This document shows, in pieces, positions 26,770 through 36,891 of a stretch of 64,000 nt of DNA (position 1 is its first letter; every line of letters starts with the position of its first letter). Position numbers and translations under genes: made by a program. The DNA is from Paludibacteraceae bacterium (lineage in GTDB: Bacteria; Bacteroidota; Bacteroidia; Bacteroidales; Paludibacteraceae), in NCBI GenBank assembly GCA_016297215.1, contig JAEDGZ010000007.1, positions 1,312-65,311 of the forward strand. Direction: 5' to 3'. The notes beneath the pieces are model-generated. The model was not told where the DNA came from. It worked only from the letters and a program-made list of their open reading frames with translations, and searched no databases.

Positions 26770-29700
26770 TTATTTAACGATAACTGTTTGTGCGGCATCC
26801 GAGGTTATTACAACGTAAACCCCTTGCAGCGAGCCATTTAGGCGCGTTACGTCGCGGCCGAGCAGGTCGTAGATGCGGAACTCGCCGTCGCACACGATGC
26901 GACCATTAGCTGCATATATTTGCGATGCCGTTACCGCTTCCATCGCAGTGGGGGTATTATTAAGTCGTGTAATCGTCAAGTCGTAACTTCCGGGAGCATA
27001 ATTTACTGCCACATAATAGGTAGTTGCAGCCTCTAAATCGTAGGTCGGCGAAGTTGTAATGTCCGTGTAGTCGCTCTCGGTCTTGGTTGTATTGACATAC
27101 AGATTGCCCGCTGTCAGTTGCGTGCTGCTGAATTGATACGAACCGGTTTCGGTGGGCGTAAACTCATACCATGTAATAGGATTATTTGATGCGGTAATCG
27201 TTTGAGTACCTACTGCCAGTATGCCATACGTATTGGTATAAACCGCATCTCTATAATATACCGGCAATCCGCCAAGGACAGGGTAAAGGTCTGTGCCGAT
27301 GTTCTGCCCCCAGATTGAACCGTCATAAGTGGTATTGCTATATATATAGCCCTGTGAAAGGAGGTAAGCCACCTCGCCGCTCTTGAACTGCTCTGTGGTT
27401 TTGCCGAGGACATTATCTGAAACAGCGTTTTCATTGACAATAGTATCAACAGCACTTCCATTATAAACAGTGTTATCATAATAGCAATTTGCTATTAAAT
27501 AGCCATTGGCTCCGCATATACCGCCGGCATGAGATTCACCGTTGACTTTGCCGGCATTATAGCTGTTGGCAATTAACGCACCGTTAGATGCACAAACACC
27601 GCCTACAAAAGAATTACCGCTGACAGAACCTCTATTATAGCAATTGATAATAAACGCACCGTTAGATGCACAAACACCGCTGACGTAAGATGCACCGTTG
27701 ACTGTACCTGTGTTATAGCAGTTTGTGATTGAACCTTCGACATTACTTCCGCACACACCACTGACAAACATATTTCCATTAAGATAGGAATCGACAATGC
27801 CGACATTCTTTATTTTACCATTGTTCGAGCCGAACAAACCGACAAAATCTGTATTATTTTCATTGAAATACAATCCACTTACGATGTGATTCTGTCCGTC
27901 GAATGTACCTGAATATCTATTTGAACTATTACCGACAGGCGTCCAGTTTCTGAAGTTTTCACCATTTGCTACTTCTCCTGTTTCATTGTCAAATTGGAGT
28001 GAAGTAAGAAGATTGCTGTTTACGGTAATATTCTTTGTAAGCTCTGCGTTTATTCCAGAATTTCCGCTATTAACCTGCTGTGCAAACCAATAAAGATTGC
28101 CTGCGTTGGCGATTTCGTAAATACCGCTTGTGGTCTTTTGTTCTGCAGGCTGATAGCCGTTGCACTTGGTGCAGAAGCCGTTTTCGTTATAGTCGTGCTC
28201 GGCATAAACGGTTTCGGCGTACGTGTTGGCATAGGTGTAAGTCGGTTCGCCGGGATTACCGACACAACCGGGATATGTTGCATTGCAATACACGGTGCCT
28301 CGATTCGTCAGCACGGGGTGTTTGTCTCCTGTTTCAGGCGTAAGGTCTTGATACCATGCCTGCGTGCCGTCGGTTACGCTGTCGTTCAGCAGATAGCAGA
28401 CCTCGCCGCTCTCCACCTGTGCCTGTGTTACCTGTGTCATGCCGGAGGTCACAGTGGTACCTATTTTGTTGACGAAATAACATCCTGTTGTCGAAACAGT
28501 ACCGCCTTTGCGGCTGACAATGTCGCAGTCGGTATCTTGAATGTCGAACGTGGCACTGATGTATGAGCCGCTTACATTGGTTGTGGTTCTGGTGTAGCCG
28601 ACAAATCCGCCGCAGCAGCTTGTGTTCTTTCCTTTTATGGCACCTGTAAATCCACAGTCTTGGATGTACATCGTTCCGGCTTCACATGTTCCGAGGATGC
28701 CACCGTGTGTGCCGTCGCCCACTACGGAAGAGTTGATGGTAACATCCGATATACATTTCTTTATGTATGCGGAGCCTGTACCGTACTTGCATGCGGCAAT
28801 ACCACTTGTAAAGGACAAGTCGGTATTTATGACACCTTTCACTGTGAGATTCTCGATGGTGCATGAGCCAATATATCCGAACGGCGTTGCGTTTTCGCTA
28901 CCACTTTGGTTGACTGTCAGGGTGTGTCCCTGTCCGTCAAATGTGCCTTCAAAGAGATTGGTTGTAGAATGTCCTCCGATAGAGATGAATTGGTGGCTAC
29001 CGAAGTCCACGTCTTTTGTCAGCACAGCCTTGGCTTGTCTGTTCTGCGTTATGCCGGCTTGAGTGCCATTGACAAGTCCAGCGAACCAGTTGTACTGTCC
29101 GGCATTGCTGATTTCGTAAACACCATTGGTTTCGTTATAATGTGCTGCCTCAAAACATCCACGGCTGCAGAACCCATTTTCATCCATGTCGTGCGTTTCG
29201 TGCACCACATCAGTGACAGCAGTATTGGAACAAACTTTTCCCACGATGACGCCTGCACATATAATGTTGGCTCCATATACGGTGTTTCCTTCCGCAGCCT
29301 TGAGCACAGGATATTTGTCGCCTGTTTCCTGTGTGAGGTTCTGATACCACGTCTGCGTGCCGTCTGTCTTGCCATTATTGAGCAGATAGCACACCTCGCC
29401 GTTGGCAAACTGAGCATCTGTCATCTTGGTGATGCCATCGAGGTAATTGCCGAGGTTGTTGAGGTAGTAGCAGTTTGTTACCGTTACCGTTCCACCCATT
29501 CGGCTTACAATGTTGCAGCCTGCAGACGAAATGCCGAAGGTGGCGGACACATAGGAGTTGCTGATAATTGACGTTTTGTTTGTATATCCAATGAAGCCAC
29601 CGCACTTGTTGGTCGTGCTACCATTGATGGCTCCCGTGAAGGCGCAGTTGTTGATATTCAGCGTTCCATTATCCACCACGCCAATGATGCCGCCATGTGT

Positions 29701-32394
29701 GCCGTCGCCGTCTATGGAAGAGTTGATGATAACATCCGATATACATTTCTGGATGTGCGCAGTGCCTGTCCCGTATTTGTGCATGGCAAAGCCAGCCGCA
29801 TACTTCTCTGAGGTGTTGATGGTACCCGTCACGGTCAGGTTCTTGATAGTGCATGAGCCGATGTTTCCGAACAATGCCACTTCTTTGGAACCGGTCTGGT
29901 TCACCTTGATGGTATGTCCATTGCCATCGAATGTGCCGGCATAGAGTATGGATGAACTCTTACCGATAGCCGTAAAGTTGGTGGTGCCGAAGTCAATATC
30001 GTTCACGAGTTTGGCGCTGGCAGCCATGTTTTGTTTTGTGCCATCGGTTAGTGTGCCGTTTACAAGCCCAGCAAACCACAAAAGGTTGCCTACGTTGCCG
30101 ATTTCGTAAACAGCGTCCCCATCACTATCTGTTGCCGGTTGATAGCCGTTGCACTTTGTGCAGAAACCGTTTTCGTTATAGTCATGCTCAGCATAAACCG
30201 TTTTATCTGTATTTGAGTAACCCGTTTTCGATTCGCCCGGATTGTCTTTACAGCCTGCATAAACAGTAATCAGGTAAACCTTTTCGCCGCCAAGGACAGG
30301 GTAATCTTGCTTGCCTGTACTGGAAAGGGTCTGTCCCCAGACTGAGCCGTCATAGGTTACAGCACTTTCACCCTCACCAACTATGCAGCCCTGCGAAAGG
30401 AGGTAAGCCACCTCGCCGCTCTTGAACTGTTCTGAAGTTTTGCCGAGGACATTTGAAGAAACAGTGCTATTATTACTGCCAACAGCATTTCCGCTATAAA
30501 CTGTACTGTCAAAATAGCAGTTTGTGATTGTACCGGAGTTGCTATATCCGCACACGCCGCCGACAGAACTACTACCGCTTACCGCACCTGTATTGTAACA
30601 GTTACTTATGGCACCGGAGTTGCTAAATCCGCACACGCCGCCGACATAACGACTACCACTTACCGCACCTGTATTGTAACAATTACTTATGGTAACGTGG
30701 ACGCCATATCCGCACACGCCACCGACATTTTCTTTACCTTTGAAATAAGAATCAACAACGCCCGCATTGGAAATTTTGCCGTTTTCACCTACATATCCGA
30801 AGAGACCGACATAATTTGTTTGTGAATCATTAAAATACAAACCTCTGACCGTATGGTTTTGCCCGTCAAATATTCCTTGGTAATAACCAGATCTGTTTCC
30901 GATAGGCGTCCAGCTTCTGAAACTGCTTACATCGCTTGCAAGCGTACCATCCGCATTCAAAACGCCGGTGTTTACGGTGATATCAGCAGTAAGCACTGCT
31001 TTTGCGGTACGGTTTTGTGCTGTACCGTCAATCAGTATGCCGTTTACAAGGGCGGCAAACCAATAAAGTTGTCCGGCGTTACCGATTTCGTAAACTTCAT
31101 CTTTTGTTCCGTCACCATTGATGTCATATTTATCGGTTGTCAGTATTGCGGGCTGATAACCACCGCACTTTGTGCAGAAGCCGTGCTCGTCGAAGCTGTG
31201 TTCAATACTTACTGCCCCTGTGTTGGAGAATTGGCTCATACAAGGTATGCCGGCATACACTGTGTTGCTGCCATTTGACTTCAAGACAGGAGATTTGTCG
31301 CCTGTTTCCGGCGTAAGGTCCTGATACCAAGCCTGTGTGCCGTCGGTCTTGCCTTTGTTCAGCAGATAGCAGACCTCGCCGCTCTTGAACTGCTCTGAAG
31401 TTTTGCCGAGGACATTTTCAGAAACAGTGCCATCTTCATTATAGCCTACAGCATTTCCGCTATAAATAGTGCTGTCATAATAGCAGTTTGAAATTTTGGT
31501 GCTTCTGTTGTATCCGCACACGCCGCCGACATATTTATTATTACCGCTTACTGCACCTATATTGTAACAGTTACTTATGGCTGCGACGTAGCAAGATCCA
31601 CACACGCCGCCGACATAATTACTACCGCTTACCGCACCTGTATTGTAACAGTTACCTATGGTACCGTATTCGTTATATCCACACACACCGCCGACATAAT
31701 TTCCATTAGTGCTTACCGCACCTGTATTGTAACAGTTACTTATGGCACCGTAGGCGCTAAATCCGCACACGCCGCCGACATAATATCCATTACCGCTTAC
31801 CGCACCTGTATTGTAACAGTTACTTATGGCACTGTAGGCGCTAAATCCGCACACGCCGCCGACATGTTGATTTCCATTGAAATAAGAATCAACAACGCCC
31901 ACATTGGAAATTTTGCCGTTTTTACCTACATATCCGAAGAGACCGACATAGTTTGTTTTTGAATCATTAAAATACAAGCCGCTGACGGTATGGTTTTGCC
32001 CGTCAAATGTTCCTGTGTAAACACCAGATGTGTTTCCGATAGGCGTCCAGCTTCTGAAATTGCTTACATCGCTTGCAAGCGTACCATCCGCATTCAAAAC
32101 GCCGGTGTTTACGGAGATATCAGCAGTAAGCACTGCTTTTGCGGTAGTTTTTTGTGCTGTGCCGTCGGTTAGTGTGCCGTTTACAAGGGCGGCAAACCAA
32201 TAAAGCTGTCCTGCGTTGCCGATTTCGTAAACAGCGTCACCATCACTATCTGTTGCAGGTTGATAGGAGCCATCACTGCCGAAACCGTTGGTGTAAGTTA
32301 CCTCTTGTGCCCATGCCGTAGAGGGTAACACCATTGCCGCCACGAGCAGAAGCATCGCAGCGAGCCACCTTAGTTTTTTAGTTTTCATTGTCAT
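26770..32394 (-). CDS. Giant GLUG-motif repeat protein (adhesin-like), T9SS cargo
   Basis: About 1874 aa from MTMKTKKLRWLAAMLLLVAAMVLPSTAWA; the start is 32394 or 32388. It has many GLFG..ISNCYNTGAVSG..YVGGVCG units, repeated GFCTKC(G/N)GYQPA modules and a C-terminal tail FRIYDLLGRDVTRLNGSLQGVYVVI. Confidence 0.85.
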   Translation of the reverse strand: MTMKTKKLRWLAAMLLLVAAMVLPSTAWAQEVTYTNGFGSDGSYQPATDSDGDAVYEIGNAGQLYWFAALVNGTLTDGTAQKTTAKAVLTADISVNTGVLNADGTLASDVSNFRSWTPIGNTSGVYTGTFDGQNHTVSGLYFNDSKTNYVGLFGYVGKNGKISNVGVVDSYFNGNQHVGGVCGFSAYSAISNCYNTGAVSGNGYYVGGVCGFSAYGAISNCYNTGAVSTNGNYVGGVCGYNEYGTIGNCYNTGAVSGSNYVGGVCGSCYVAAISNCYNIGAVSGNNKYVGGVCGYNRSTKISNCYYDSTIYSGNAVGYNEDGTVSENVLGKTSEQFKSGEVCYLLNKGKTDGTQAWYQDLTPETGDKSPVLKSNGSNTVYAGIPCMSQFSNTGAVSIEHSFDEHGFCTKCGGYQPAILTTDKYDINGDGTKDEVYEIGNAGQLYWFAALVNGILIDGTAQNRTAKAVLTADITVNTGVLNADGTLASDVSSFRSWTPIGNRSGYYQGIFDGQNHTVRGLYFNDSQTNYVGLFGYVGENGKISNAGVVDSYFKGKENVGGVCGYGVHVTISNCYNTGAVSGSRYVGGVCGFSNSGAISNCYNTGAVSGSSSVGGVCGYSNSGTITNCYFDSTVYSGNAVGSNNSTVSSNVLGKTSEQFKSGEVAYLLSQGCIVGEGESAVTYDGSVWGQTLSSTGKQDYPVLGGEKVYLITVYAGCKDNPGESKTGYSNTDKTVYAEHDYNENGFCTKCNGYQPATDSDGDAVYEIGNVGNLLWFAGLVNGTLTDGTKQNMAASAKLVNDIDFGTTNFTAIGKSSSILYAGTFDGNGHTIKVNQTGSKEVALFGNIGSCTIKNLTVTGTINTSEKYAAGFAMHKYGTGTAHIQKCISDVIINSSIDGDGTHGGIIGVVDNGTLNINNCAFTGAINGSTTNKCGGFIGYTNKTSIISNSYVSATFGISSAGCNIVSRMGGTVTVTNCYYLNNLGNYLDGITKMTDAQFANGEVCYLLNNGKTDGTQTWYQNLTQETGDKYPVLKAAEGNTVYGANIICAGVIVGKVCSNTAVTDVVHETHDMDENGFCSRGCFEAAHYNETNGVYEISNAGQYNWFAGLVNGTQAGITQNRQAKAVLTKDVDFGSHQFISIGGHSTTNLFEGTFDGQGHTLTVNQSGSENATPFGYIGSCTIENLTVKGVINTDLSFTSGIAACKYGTGSAYIKKCISDVTINSSVVGDGTHGGILGTCEAGTMYIQDCGFTGAIKGKNTSCCGGFVGYTRTTTNVSGSYISATFDIQDTDCDIVSRKGGTVSTTGCYFVNKIGTTVTSGMTQVTQAQVESGEVCYLLNDSVTDGTQAWYQDLTPETGDKHPVLTNRGTVYCNATYPGCVGNPGEPTYTYANTYAETVYAEHDYNENGFCTKCNGYQPAEQKTTSGIYEIANAGNLYWFAQQVNSGNSGINAELTKNITVNSNLLTSLQFDNETGEVANGENFRNWTPVGNSSNRYSGTFDGQNHIVSGLYFNENNTDFVGLFGSNNGKIKNVGIVDSYLNGNMFVSGVCGSNVEGSITNCYNTGTVNGASYVSGVCASNGAFIINCYNRGSVSGNSFVGGVCASNGALIANSYNAGKVNGESHAGGICGANGYLIANCYYDNTVYNGSAVDTIVNENAVSDNVLGKTTEQFKSGEVAYLLSQGYIYSNTTYDGSIWGQNIGTDLYPVLGGLPVYYRDAVYTNTYGILAVGTQTITASNNPITWYEFTPTETGSYQFSSTQLTAGNLYVNTTKTESDYTDITTSPTYDLEAATTYYVAVNYAPGSYDLTITRLNNTPTAMEAVTASQIYAANGRIVCDGEFRIYDLLGRDVTRLNGSLQGVYVVITSDAAQTVIVK

Positions 32395-32427
32395 ATATAT
32401 ATTTTTGTTATTGTTTATTTTGCGCTG

Positions 32428-32435
32428 CAAAGGTA
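32428..32435 (-). promoter_or_regulatory. -7 box TACCTTTG upstream of the GLUG gene
   Basis: The reverse complement of caaaggta lies 34 nt upstream of ATG 32394. Confidence 0.5.
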
Positions 32436-32777
32436 CAATTTTTCTTTCAAATATGCAAAAAATATACAAGTTTTTTTTTTCAACATTTTTGGGGCATTTA
32501 TATAGGACTTGACTCCAAACACTTACGGGGCGACATAACTAAATGATGTTAATTTATCACCTTTGCGGCTGTTGCCGAGCGTACCATCCCGCCCCCTGTC
32601 CTCGATGTCCACCGGACATCGCTTCACCCCTCCTTTCAGGAGAGGCGGGGGAGTTTGGCTGCGCACACCGAACTCTCAACTCTCAAAACTGAACCCTCAA
32701 CTATGGGGAGGGGTAAAAGAGCTTGACACTCTTTTTTGCAGCGGAGGTTTTCTTCATTTTGTTCGATATAGGCAGCT

Positions 32778-32835
32778 AAATCACCTACTAATCACCTACT
32801 AATCTCCTACTAATCACCTACTAATCTCCTACGAT
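32778..32835. repeat. 11-nt tandem array (aatcacctact x5)
   Basis: The units are aatcacctact aatcacctact aatctcctact aatcacctact aatctcctacg. They are related to aatcactaact x5 at 40071-40124. Confidence 0.9.
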
Positions 32836-32883
32836 TATCTGCTCAACGGAAAGGAGGTGTATTTATCACCTTGGTCATAAGAG

Positions 32884-32929
32884 CCACACAGAGGGTGTGT
32901 CATGCTATTTTGACACACCCTCTGTGTGG
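32884..32929. repeat. Perfect 19-bp stem hairpin
   Basis: The hairpin is ccacacagagggtgtgtca-tgctattt-tgacacaccctctgtgtgg. Neither side has a flanking T-run. Confidence 0.9.
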
Positions 32930-32962
32930 TTGTACACACCGGACACTCAACACTCAACTATA

Positions 32963-33127
32963 GCAGGCGGGGACGCCTGCGCATCCGGACAGGTATCAGC
33001 AGGCAGACAGAATATGGTGCGGCATGGAGACCGCACCTCCTTGGAAGCCCCGACTGGTCGGGACGTACCCGGACATTTCTACCGCGGGCGAGACGCCCGC
33101 GTCCCCAGGGGACGCCTGCGCACCCGG
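32963..33127 (+). repeat. Cluster of GC-rich REP-like hairpins
   Basis: The cluster contains gcaggcggggacgcctgcgcatccggac (32963-32990) and ggtgcggcatggagaccgcacctccttgg (33016-33044). It also contains ccccgactggtcgggac and gcgggcgagacgcccgcgtccccaggggacgcctgcgcacccgg (33084-33127). Confidence 0.9.
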
Positions 33128-33131
33128 TTGC

Positions 33132-34049
33132 TTATTGCAGTTCTTCGGGCAGGACGGGCATGGAACCGTGCTGCGTGCAGACGAAGGCGGAGACCGCCAC
33201 GGCTTTTTGGTGCGCCTCGGGGATGGAGCGACCGAGCAGGAGTTGCGCAACGAAGGTGCCGGTGAAACTATCACCTGCGCCTACGGTGTCTGCCACCTCT
33301 ACCTTCGGGGTGGGTTGGAACGAACATGCGTCAAGCGTGATGACATACGAGCCGTTGGTGCCGCAGGTGAGAATCAACATCTGCAGGTCGTACAACTCAA
33401 TCAACGCGCGGCAAACGCGCAGAGTCTGCTCTTTGTCCTCTGCGATGAGACGGTTGGTCTCCGTCTCTACACCGAGCAACATAGGTGCCACTATCTGCAA
33501 CTCCTCATCATTGATTTTGAGGATGTTGCAGCGTTTGAGCGAGCCGATAATCACCTCGCGGTTGTACCACTGTTGGCGGAGGTTGATGTCGAACACCTTC
33601 ATGCAATCGGCAGGCGCGGCATCAAGGATAGTCTGTATGGTCTTGCGGCTCACCTCCGAGCGTTGTGCCAACGAGCCGAAGCAGATGACTCGCGCCTGAC
33701 GGGCAACCGACATAATCTCGTCGGTGAGGGGGACGTTGTCCCACGCTACGCCCAAGCAAATCTCATATTGCGGCACGCCCTGCTCGTTGAGCGTTACCTG
33801 CACCGTACCTGTGGGGAAATCCACCTTGGGCAGACAATAGTGTAAGCCTACGCTATCCAAGATGTCGGTTACCTCTTTGCCCAAATCGTCGTTGCCGATG
33901 GCAGAGATAGCGCAACCTTGGATGGATTCTCCGTTCTTTGAGAAGAACTGAGAAGCGTGAAAAACGAAGTTTGCAGGCGCACCACCTAATTTGCGCCCTG
34001 TGGGGAGGCAGTCGAAAAGTACCTCTCCGAGACCTATGATGTATTGCAT
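33132..34049 (-). CDS. Fructokinase (PfkB family sugar kinase)
   Basis: 305 aa with an N-terminal GEVLFD, C-terminal DTVGAGDSFTG and the PfkB fold. Its position is equivalent to BT1757 in the B. thetaiotaomicron fructan PUL. Confidence 0.85.
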   Translation of the reverse strand: MQYIIGLGEVLFDCLPTGRKLGGAPANFVFHASQFFSKNGESIQGCAISAIGNDDLGKEVTDILDSVGLHYCLPKVDFPTGTVQVTLNEQGVPQYEICLGVAWDNVPLTDEIMSVARQARVICFGSLAQRSEVSRKTIQTILDAAPADCMKVFDINLRQQWYNREVIIGSLKRCNILKINDEELQIVAPMLLGVETETNRLIAEDKEQTLRVCRALIELYDLQMLILTCGTNGSYVITLDACSFQPTPKVEVADTVGAGDSFTGTFVAQLLLGRSIPEAHQKAVAVSAFVCTQHGSMPVLPEELQ

Positions 34050-34059
34050 AGTGAATTAG

Positions 34060-35220
34060 TTATTTCTTGATTTTCAATGTGAAGCCGGCGAGGTAGAGGG
34101 CGCCTATACCCATCACGAGGACGGCACCGAGGGTGCCCATTGCATCGGACATGAAGCCCATGGCAAGCGGGAAGATGGTGCCGCCGAAGAGACCCATAAT
34201 CATCAAGCCGGAAATCTCATTCTTGTGGTCGGGGTCGTGCTGGAGCGCCTGCGCAAAAGTGATGGAGAAGATGTTGGAGTTGCCAAATCCCACCAGCGCA
34301 ATGCCCACATAGAGCAACCACTTCACATCTGCCACCGCAAGGATAATCATCGCCGCAATAATCATCCCCACCGAGATGGCGAAGAACACTTTCTCCGGCA
34401 CTTTGCGCAGGATAGCCGAGCCCGAGAGGCAGCCGAGGGTACGGAAGATGAAGTAGAGCGAGGTGGCGAAGCCCGCCTCAGCCAGCGTCATCCCGAGGCG
34501 CTCGATAAGGATTTTGGGAGCAGTGGTGTTGGTGCCGACATCGATACCCACGTGGCACATGATACTCAAGAAGCAAAGCAGGATGAAGGGTTTGCCGAGC
34601 AGGCGGAAACAGTCCACCACGTTGCTACCTTTTGCCACAGGCTCTTCGTGGATAGTGGTCAGCGACAAGCATACAATAGCCACCACGCCGATGATACCAT
34701 AGACAGGGAAGAGCACGCGCCATCCCAAGCCCGCGGAGGGCAGCACCTGCGTAGCACCCCACATGGCGATATAGGGCGCCAAGAAAGAGGCGATGGCTTT
34801 CACGAACTGACCGAACGTGAGCGTTGCCGACAGGTTGCCCGTTACGATATTCGACACCAGCGGATTGAGCGAAGTCTGCATGAGGGCATTGCCGATACCC
34901 AAGAGCGAGAACGCTACCAACATCAGGGGATAAGAATTGCCGAAGATGGGCAGGATAAGCGAAAGCACCGTAACAACGATAGATAGCAGCACGGTGCGCT
35001 TTCTGCCGATTTTGTTCATCAACATGCCCGTGGGCACCGAGAAGATAAGGAACCAGAAGAAGACCAGCGAAGGCATGATGTTCGCCTGCGAGTCGGTCAA
35101 CCCGAGGTCTTGCTGCACATAGTTACTGGCAATGCCGACCAAATCGACAAAGCCCATGGTGAAGAAGCAGAGCATCACTACTGCGAGTGCGCCGAAAGAA
35201 GTTTTGTTGGAAGAAGACAT
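34060..35220 (-). CDS. MFS sugar transporter (glucose/galactose/fructose importer type)
   Basis: 386 aa and about 12 TM, of the FucP/GluP-like family. It lies between the fructokinase and GH32 genes with gaps of 10 and 4 nt. Confidence 0.85.
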   Translation of the reverse strand: MSSSNKTSFGALAVVMLCFFTMGFVDLVGIASNYVQQDLGLTDSQANIMPSLVFFWFLIFSVPTGMLMNKIGRKRTVLLSIVVTVLSLILPIFGNSYPLMLVAFSLLGIGNALMQTSLNPLVSNIVTGNLSATLTFGQFVKAIASFLAPYIAMWGATQVLPSAGLGWRVLFPVYGIIGVVAIVCLSLTTIHEEPVAKGSNVVDCFRLLGKPFILLCFLSIMCHVGIDVGTNTTAPKILIERLGMTLAEAGFATSLYFIFRTLGCLSGSAILRKVPEKVFFAISVGMIIAAMIILAVADVKWLLYVGIALVGFGNSNIFSITFAQALQHDPDHKNEISGLMIMGLFGGTIFPLAMGFMSDAMGTLGAVLVMGIGALYLAGFTLKIKK

Positions 35221-35224
35221 GGTA

Positions 35225-36889
35225 CTATTTATTTAATGTTAATGTACTTTGTGGGAAGACGAGGGAGGTGAGGCATACCTCGCCGTTATTGCCAAAGACC
35301 TCCACGGAGCAGCGGTCGATAAAGATTCGCAGGGAGGTTAGTTTGCGTTGCACGGGTGCCGTAGCCGGTACGGGGAAGTCTGCGGAGAAGTCCACTACCC
35401 CACTCTTTGAGCGGTCCACCGTCAAGGTCATCGCCTTGGGGTCGTAGGTAATCAGGAACTCTTCGCCCTGCTCGTTGCTGAGGGTAACCACTGTGGGCTT
35501 CTTTTGCGACTTGATTTTCACCACTTGGTCGAGACCCTTGCCGTCGTATTCCGGCGCAGGGCGCGAACCGAGGTAGTGTTCTCCCTTGACGGTATAGAGG
35601 AAGAGGTCGCGTGCGATGGTGTTCGCAGAACGGAATTGGCGGGTGGGCACTTGGTTGGCATACTGCCAATTGCTCATCCATCCGATGACGGTACGTCGTC
35701 CGTCGGGGACATCGCTGAAGGAGACGGTAGCATAATGGTCTTTGCCATAGTCCATCCAGCGCGTGTCGGTGTGGCGACAGGTGAAGGTCTTGCCATCCCA
35801 TTGTCCGACGAAGTACTGCGCCGCAGAGCCGCCCGCAGGTCCGCCCGGGTTGATGTTGCAGATAAGTACCCAATAGGTGTTGCCCTGCTCGTCTTTGAGG
35901 GGGAAGAGGTCGGGACATTCCCATACTCCTGAGTGGCATCCGTAGTCGCTGCCGAAGGAGGATAGATAGCGCCAGTGCTTCAGGTCATCGGAGGCATAGA
36001 AACGCATCTCCTGCCCACAGGCGAGCACGAGGTTCCACTCCCGCGTGTCTTCGTTCCAGAAGAAGTTCGGGTCGCGGAAGTCGGGTATTGCCTCGGTGAT
36101 GATAGGGTTGCCGCTGTACTTGGTGAAGGTCTGCCCGTTGTCGGTGCTATACGCCAAGGACTGGCATTGCCCCATCAGTTCTGCGGAGGTGTACATCGCC
36201 ACCACCGCACCTTTCCCGAAGCCCGCCGTACCCTCGTGGTCGATGACGGAAGAGCCGGAGAAGATTGTTCCTATCACATCGGGTTGCAGCGCCATCGGTT
36301 GGTGCTCCCAATGGATGAGGTCGGTGGAGGTGGAGTGTCCCCAACTCATGTTCTGCCACAGCGAGCAATACGGATTGTACTGGTAGTAGAGGTGCCAAAC
36401 GCCATCGCGGTAGAACATACCGTTGGGGTCATTCATCCAGCCGTAGAGGGGCGTGTGGTGGTACTCGGGGCGATAGGGGTCTCGGTTGACGGTGTCGAAA
36501 GTGTCGGACAGCGTTATCTCGCTCCATGCGATGTAGTCCATGGGCGATAGTTCGCGCTGACGCTCTCCGTCCGGCTGGTTCCACACATGTACAGCGAGAA
36601 GGAGTTGGTCGCGCCGAAACTCGGTCAAGTCCATGGGCACGAAGTAATCCACTTTGCCTTTGGCTGCCAAGCGCAAGATGTTGGTGCGGACAATTTGCCC
36701 GTTCTCAATCACCTGCATGCGGTACTCGGGGGCTGCTTCCTCAATAGGAATCAACAGGTAGCGTTCGTCGCCGCTGACACGGATAAGCATGTCGCGCACG
36801 CCGGAGCGGGAGAACTGCACCTCGCCCGCCATAGCAACCGCACAGATAAGCAGGCAGGCAGCTATCAAAAAGTTCTTTACGTTCTTCAT
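35225..36889 (-). CDS. Glycoside hydrolase family 32 (exo-beta-fructosidase type)
   Basis: The start is at MKNVKNFLIAACLLICAVAMA (36889); the ORF-track extension to 37075 is rejected. GH32 signatures present are WMNDPNG, FRDP and ECPD. Confidence 0.9.
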   Translation of the reverse strand: MKNVKNFLIAACLLICAVAMAGEVQFSRSGVRDMLIRVSGDERYLLIPIEEAAPEYRMQVIENGQIVRTNILRLAAKGKVDYFVPMDLTEFRRDQLLLAVHVWNQPDGERQRELSPMDYIAWSEITLSDTFDTVNRDPYRPEYHHTPLYGWMNDPNGMFYRDGVWHLYYQYNPYCSLWQNMSWGHSTSTDLIHWEHQPMALQPDVIGTIFSGSSVIDHEGTAGFGKGAVVAMYTSAELMGQCQSLAYSTDNGQTFTKYSGNPIITEAIPDFRDPNFFWNEDTREWNLVLACGQEMRFYASDDLKHWRYLSSFGSDYGCHSGVWECPDLFPLKDEQGNTYWVLICNINPGGPAGGSAAQYFVGQWDGKTFTCRHTDTRWMDYGKDHYATVSFSDVPDGRRTVIGWMSNWQYANQVPTRQFRSANTIARDLFLYTVKGEHYLGSRPAPEYDGKGLDQVVKIKSQKKPTVVTLSNEQGEEFLITYDPKAMTLTVDRSKSGVVDFSADFPVPATAPVQRKLTSLRIFIDRCSVEVFGNNGEVCLTSLVFPQSTLTLNK

Positions 36890-36891
36890 AA

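Noticed and set aside
32926-33845. ORFs 32926-33699 and 33024-33845 (+), which overlap the REP cluster and the fructokinase gene.
   Set aside because: They are antisense to a well-supported PfkB kinase gene. Their 5' parts are translated REP hairpins, and they have no motifs.
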